A DNA stretch of 64,000 nt, taken from assembly GCF_009914755.1 (NCBI RefSeq), contig NC_060929.1; one strand, given 5' to 3'. The position numbers and the translations under genes are program-made. Numbering within the stretch: the stretch's first letter is position 1; each line of letters begins with the position of its first letter. A model generated the notes under the pieces. The model saw only the letters and a program-made list of their open reading frames with translations, did no database searches and had not been told where the DNA came from. Positions 58,871 to 64,000 of the stretch are shown here, one piece after another. The stretch is from the human T2T-CHM13v2.0 reference genome, Homo sapiens.

Positions 58871-61692
58871 AATTATTTTATATATATAATTCATTTCCTG
58901 TAAACAGGATATAATTCTTTTTCTTTCTTTTTTGTTGTTTTTTTAATCCAATCTGAAAATCTCTGCTCTTTAATTGGGGATATTTAGCACATTTACATTT
59001 AATGTGATTATGGGTATTATACCATTGTCCAAAAGCTCACTGAGGCTCTTTTCACTTTTAAAATTTTTTCTCCCCTTGTCTCATTTTGAATAGTTTTAAT
59101 TGCTTCTTCAAACACTAGTGTGCCGTTTTTCACTATCTCCTAGTTAAAAAGGACCCTATCCTCTACATATTGGCATCTGTTGTCTGATCTCTGATTGCTG
59201 CCTCTGATCACAGAGGTGCAGAGAAAGGCAGCCATTGTTGTACCTCCCCCATTGTTGCAAGTCCTTCTCCTCTGAATGATTTCCAGGGAATTTAAAGGGG
59301 GTAGCACCTTTCCCCCACCCCTTTTTTCTCTCTTTTCCACCTTTTGGGAACCAAACATTAAAGACTAGTATTTTTTTTTTTTTCATCTCAGACATTGTAG
59401 ATTTAATCTCTCTAGATTTGACTTGTGACCTTTTTAGATCTTTAATGCCTTTACTTAACTGTTGAACAACTGGAATATACTTACAATAACTAGTTTAATA
59501 TCCTTGTCTGATAGTTCTGACATTTGTGTTAGTTCTGAGCCAGTTTTGACTCTTGGTTGGCAGGTTGTTGTTGTTGTTGGTAGCACTGAATATATTGGCC
59601 CACTGCCTTCTGGCCTCCAAAGTTGCTGATGAGAAATGTGTTGATAATCTCATTGAGGATCACTTGTATGTGATGAGTCACTTCTCTCTTGCTGCTTTCA
59701 AGATTCTTTCTTTGTTTTTCAAAAGTTTATATTATAATGTAAAGTTTTGATTATATGGTTAGGTTATAACCCTAACCCTAATCTTAGTGTAAGTTCCTTG
59801 AGCTCATCTTCCTTGAAGTTTGTTGAAGAACTCCTTGGATGTTTATATTCATGTCTTTCATCAGATTTGGGAAGTTTTTGGCCGTGATTTATTCAAACAT
59901 TCTCTCTTCTCTTTCTGGGACTTCCACAATGCATATGTTGATCTGCTTGATGGTGTCCCACAGGTCTCTTAAGCTCTATTCACTTTTCTTCAATCTTTTT
60001 TCTTTTTGTTCCTCAGACTTGATAATTTCCATTGTTTTACCTTCAAGTTCACTCATTATTTTGTCTGCCCAGATCTGCCTCTGATTCGGACTTCTGTAGT
60101 GAATTTTTCTTTTCAGTTATTGTATTTTTAGCTTCATATTTTTTGGGTTTTTTTTAGGTTTCTATCTATTAATATTTTCATTATGTTCATAAATTGTTTC
60201 CTTGACTTTCTCCATATCTTCCTTTAGTTCTTTGACCATCTTTAAAATAGTTGTTTTAAAGTCTTTGTCTAGCAGATATGCCATAAGGTTTTTTTTCAGG
60301 GACAGTTTCTGTTTATTTTTGTCCTTTGAATGGGCTATGCTTTCCTGTTTCTTTATATGCTTTGTGGTTTTTTTGTTGTTGTTGTTGAAAACTGGACATT
60401 TGAATCTAATAATATGGTGACTGGAAGTTAGATTCTCTCCCTTCCTCAGGATTTGTTGTTTTCTTATTGTTTTGTTTTTGGTTGTTGTAGGCTGTCTCCA
60501 TGCCAAGGATCAGCCTGGGGTATAAACTTAAGGTCTTCTCAAGTCTTTTCTGAGCCTTCATCTTTCCTGGGACATGAGTGGTCATTTTCTGATTTCCCTG
60601 TATCTGTGATTGCTTTTGAATCTTCTAGTCTTTAATGTTTGGCCCCCAAAAGGCGAAAAAGAGAAAAAAACAGAGACAAATGGAAAAAAAAAAAAAGAGT
60701 GCTAGCCCTTTAAATCCCCTGGAAGTCATTTCAGCCAAGAAGCAGGGGCTTGCAACAGTTGGGGGAGGTGCAACAACAATGGCTGCCTTTTTCTTTGTCT
60801 GCACCTTTGTGATCAGAAGCAGAAATCAGGGATCAGACAACAGATGCCTGATATGTAGAGGATAGGGTCCTTTTGGTCTACCCTGGCTCACTCAAGCTAT
60901 GTGCAGGTTGCTCCAGAAACATGTGCACGGCTGCTTGCCATGGGCTTGGGGGTGGGGGATGAATAGCTACTACTGTGCTGAGAGTGAAATTTCCCCTGGA
61001 ATTTGCAAGCCTTCAATAAACTCCAGAGTTTCAAAATAGTTACATCAGATGGAGTCTGCTAGTGTTAGGTGGGTAGACAGATTTCTGGTGCTTTCTACTT
61101 CACCATCTTTCCAGAGGACCTCATTCTATTAATTTTCTGCTTCATATATTTTAGTTCCAGAATTTGCATTTTGTCATTTTTTATAGTTTACAATTCTCTG
61201 CAGAAATATCAATCTCTTCAATGATTATATCTTTCTTTACCTCTAAAATTTTAAACATATTAAAATGGTTGTTCCAAAGTTCTTATTTGCCAGTTCCAAT
61301 GACAGAATTTCAATTCTAATTATATTTCCTTTGGGAGTCTGTTTCTGTTGATTATGCTTTCTCTTGATTATAATCATTATTCCCCCCACCACCACGAGAT
61401 TCCTCAGATGGCTTGTACTTTTTAAATTGTATTCCAAACACTATATATAAATAGCAGTGAAGACTAAAGGATACTTTTCTTTGTTTATTTCCCACACTGA
61501 AAACCCTTTCTTATGACTGATGGTTAAAGTAAATGTCTGATCATTCACATTTCTCCTTGATCAAGTTGAGATGGGGCTGGGCCACAGCTTTAATTAGATT
61601 GAGTTCATCTGTGTGATTGTCTCAATGTCCAAACCCCAAAGCTGTTGTTTTTTGTTTTGTTTTGTTTTGTTTTTAATCGTGTCAGAATTTGA

Positions 61693-62117
<425 letters not shown>

Positions 62118-62799
62118 TGAATCCTATCATCACGAGAATGCATTAAACTACAATCCGTTTACTAACTCTTTCTTCACTATTGCTTACTCAGCAGTGAGAA
62201 AGGGGAGCATGTGGGGCAGGAAAATATCTGAGATGAGTAATCTGTTCTTGTATTTGGAGCTCTTCCAAACTCCTGCCAGCTCACACTGTTGTCTAGGGCC
62301 CAGCTGATTTCCCTGGTCCTCTAAAAGTCTCTGTATTTATGGCAGGTTTGCTTACGTTTAGCCCAAGTGCCTTCTCCCAAGCATGGAAGATGCTATGAGT
62401 TTGTTTCTGTCTAGAAATCAGTTCATCAAGGCAGCAGAGAAATTTGGTTGGAATGGGTGCCCTGAAATTCAGTTTTGTGTCACCAATTGTGGGTATCCAT
62501 TAGGAACCACTGGAGGCAAACTGAAATAAATCCTCCTCTCTCAAGGAGGCGGTGTTACTCCTGGACCTGGCAGGATGCTCATGTGAGTATGTCCAGCAAA
62601 CCAACCACTAACAATCCCAAAGATAACAATTTCTTATACTCACACGGTGCTTTGTGTTTAACAAGGCATGTCCATGCCCATGGGTCTCCTTTGATTCTCA
62701 CAATAACTCAGTTTTAGTATGAGGGAAGACTGGGAAAGTCCAGTGGGCCAGTTTGGGAGTGGCCTTGAATGTCATCCTTGAGACTTTGAACTTTAGTCC

Positions 62800-63460
62800 A
62801 TATTCTGCCATTCGCCTCCTTTCATCCAGATCACTGCAGCGGTCTCATTGCAAGCCTCCCTGCCTCCAGGCCTGACCCCTCCATCCATCCGCCACACCGA
62901 ATGAACAATCTAAAAGGCAAACTTCCCCTTGCCAAACCCTCCTGCTCTGTACTCTTCAGTGGCTCCCCACTGCTTTCAGAACAAATCTACAAAGCTCTTG
63001 AGATCTGGCCTCTTTCCACTTCTCCAGTCTCATTTTTCCCCTCCTGCTTCTCCCTACTTTCTTCTTCAGCTGCACTAAACATTCTTCAATTCCTTCACTG
63101 AATCTTGCTCCATCAAGCATATATGCATTGCTATATACTTTTCCACATTGTTCACACACACACACACACGCACACACACACACACACACTCACACTCACT
63201 CATGTCTGCTCATCCATAAGGTCAAAGCCGCAGAGTGACCTCTTTTCCATGCCTCCTCTGGACCTGCAGGCCCCGAGCTTGCTTCCAGCTCATCACCTGG
63301 CTCACTGGGCTGGGATTGCTCCAGCATTTGCTTCCCTACTAGAATGAAAGCTGTGGGAGGGCAGAGATTGTCCATCTTGCACACCCTTGAGCCTCTAGCA
63401 CCAAGCACAGTGTCTACACATAACAAGCACTCCATCAATGCTCATTGCATTGAATAGGAC
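62800..63460 (+). mobile_element. L2 3' region with internal (AC)n
   Basis: cttcagtggctccccactgct...cctctagcaccaagcacagtgtctacacataacaagcactccatcaatg. Confidence 0.8.
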
Positions 63461-63589
63461 CCAGGAAGCTACAGACTGCTTGTTCTGCTATATATCCTGC
63501 CAGTTGTTTAAGAGGTCAGCTCATGAGTACTTACTATCTCTCATAGCCTAGGTCTGGGCCGAAATGCAGGGTCAGATGAGAGGCTGCTG

Positions 63590-63830
63590 AAATAGAATAT
63601 GAACAGTGCTCACATTTATCAAGTGCTTCACTTGCGCTGTCCCATGTAACCTTCACACAACCCTGCACATTTGGTGCTATTATTAGCATTCCCATTTTGG
63701 AGATGAGAAAACAAAGGCATGGAGGGGTGGGCAATTTGTCCAAAGTCACAAAGTTCAAAAGTGGTGACTCTGGGGTTCAGTCCAGGCACTGTGATGCCAG
63801 AGATTCTCACCTCTAACTACTATGCAACAG
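63590..63830 (-). mobile_element. MIR SINE
   Basis: cccattttggagatgagaaaacaaaggcatggagggg...tccaaagtcaca. Confidence 0.85.
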
Positions 63831-64000
63831 GAACACTGACCTCCAGAAGCTTCCGGGCTGGTTTTTGAGACAAGATAGAGATGCCACCATAGGATCCCAA
63901 ATGCAGGGGATACCCAGAGAAGGGAAGAAGTGTGACCCACTGCAGTCTCAGAAACGCTGAGATGGTGACAAGCACTGGGAGGGCAATGTAGAGGCTTTTA

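Overview
Primate (human-like, AluY-containing) genomic DNA, intronic or intergenic. I could not identify the locus and found no recognisable protein-coding gene. The supplied ORFs are Alu, L1, L2 or low-complexity read-through, or unrecognised frames. Content: 28 Alu-family copies (22 minus, 6 plus), many MIR and L2 relics including a long L2 still showing endonuclease and RT motifs, several L1s, MaLR/ERVL solo LTRs (MLT1, MLT2, THE1, MST), DNA-transposon relics (MER81, MER5, MER102, MADE2, Tigger1 derivative), a 37-nt U1 snRNA retro-fragment and microsatellites. The last 17 kb is dominated by a multilayer L1-in-L1 nest. I see no evidence of a new multi-gene system. The best observations are mechanistic scars: a 77-bp inverted templated insertion with an 8-bp target duplication (34.7/35.6 kb), a twin-primed L1, an inverted L1 5' duplication, a 49-bp L1 inside Tigger1 and an LTR inside an Alu. 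There are also several repeat-free motif-dense blocks that may be enhancers. Subfamily names come from recalled consensus sequences, and the boundaries of old repeats are approximate.
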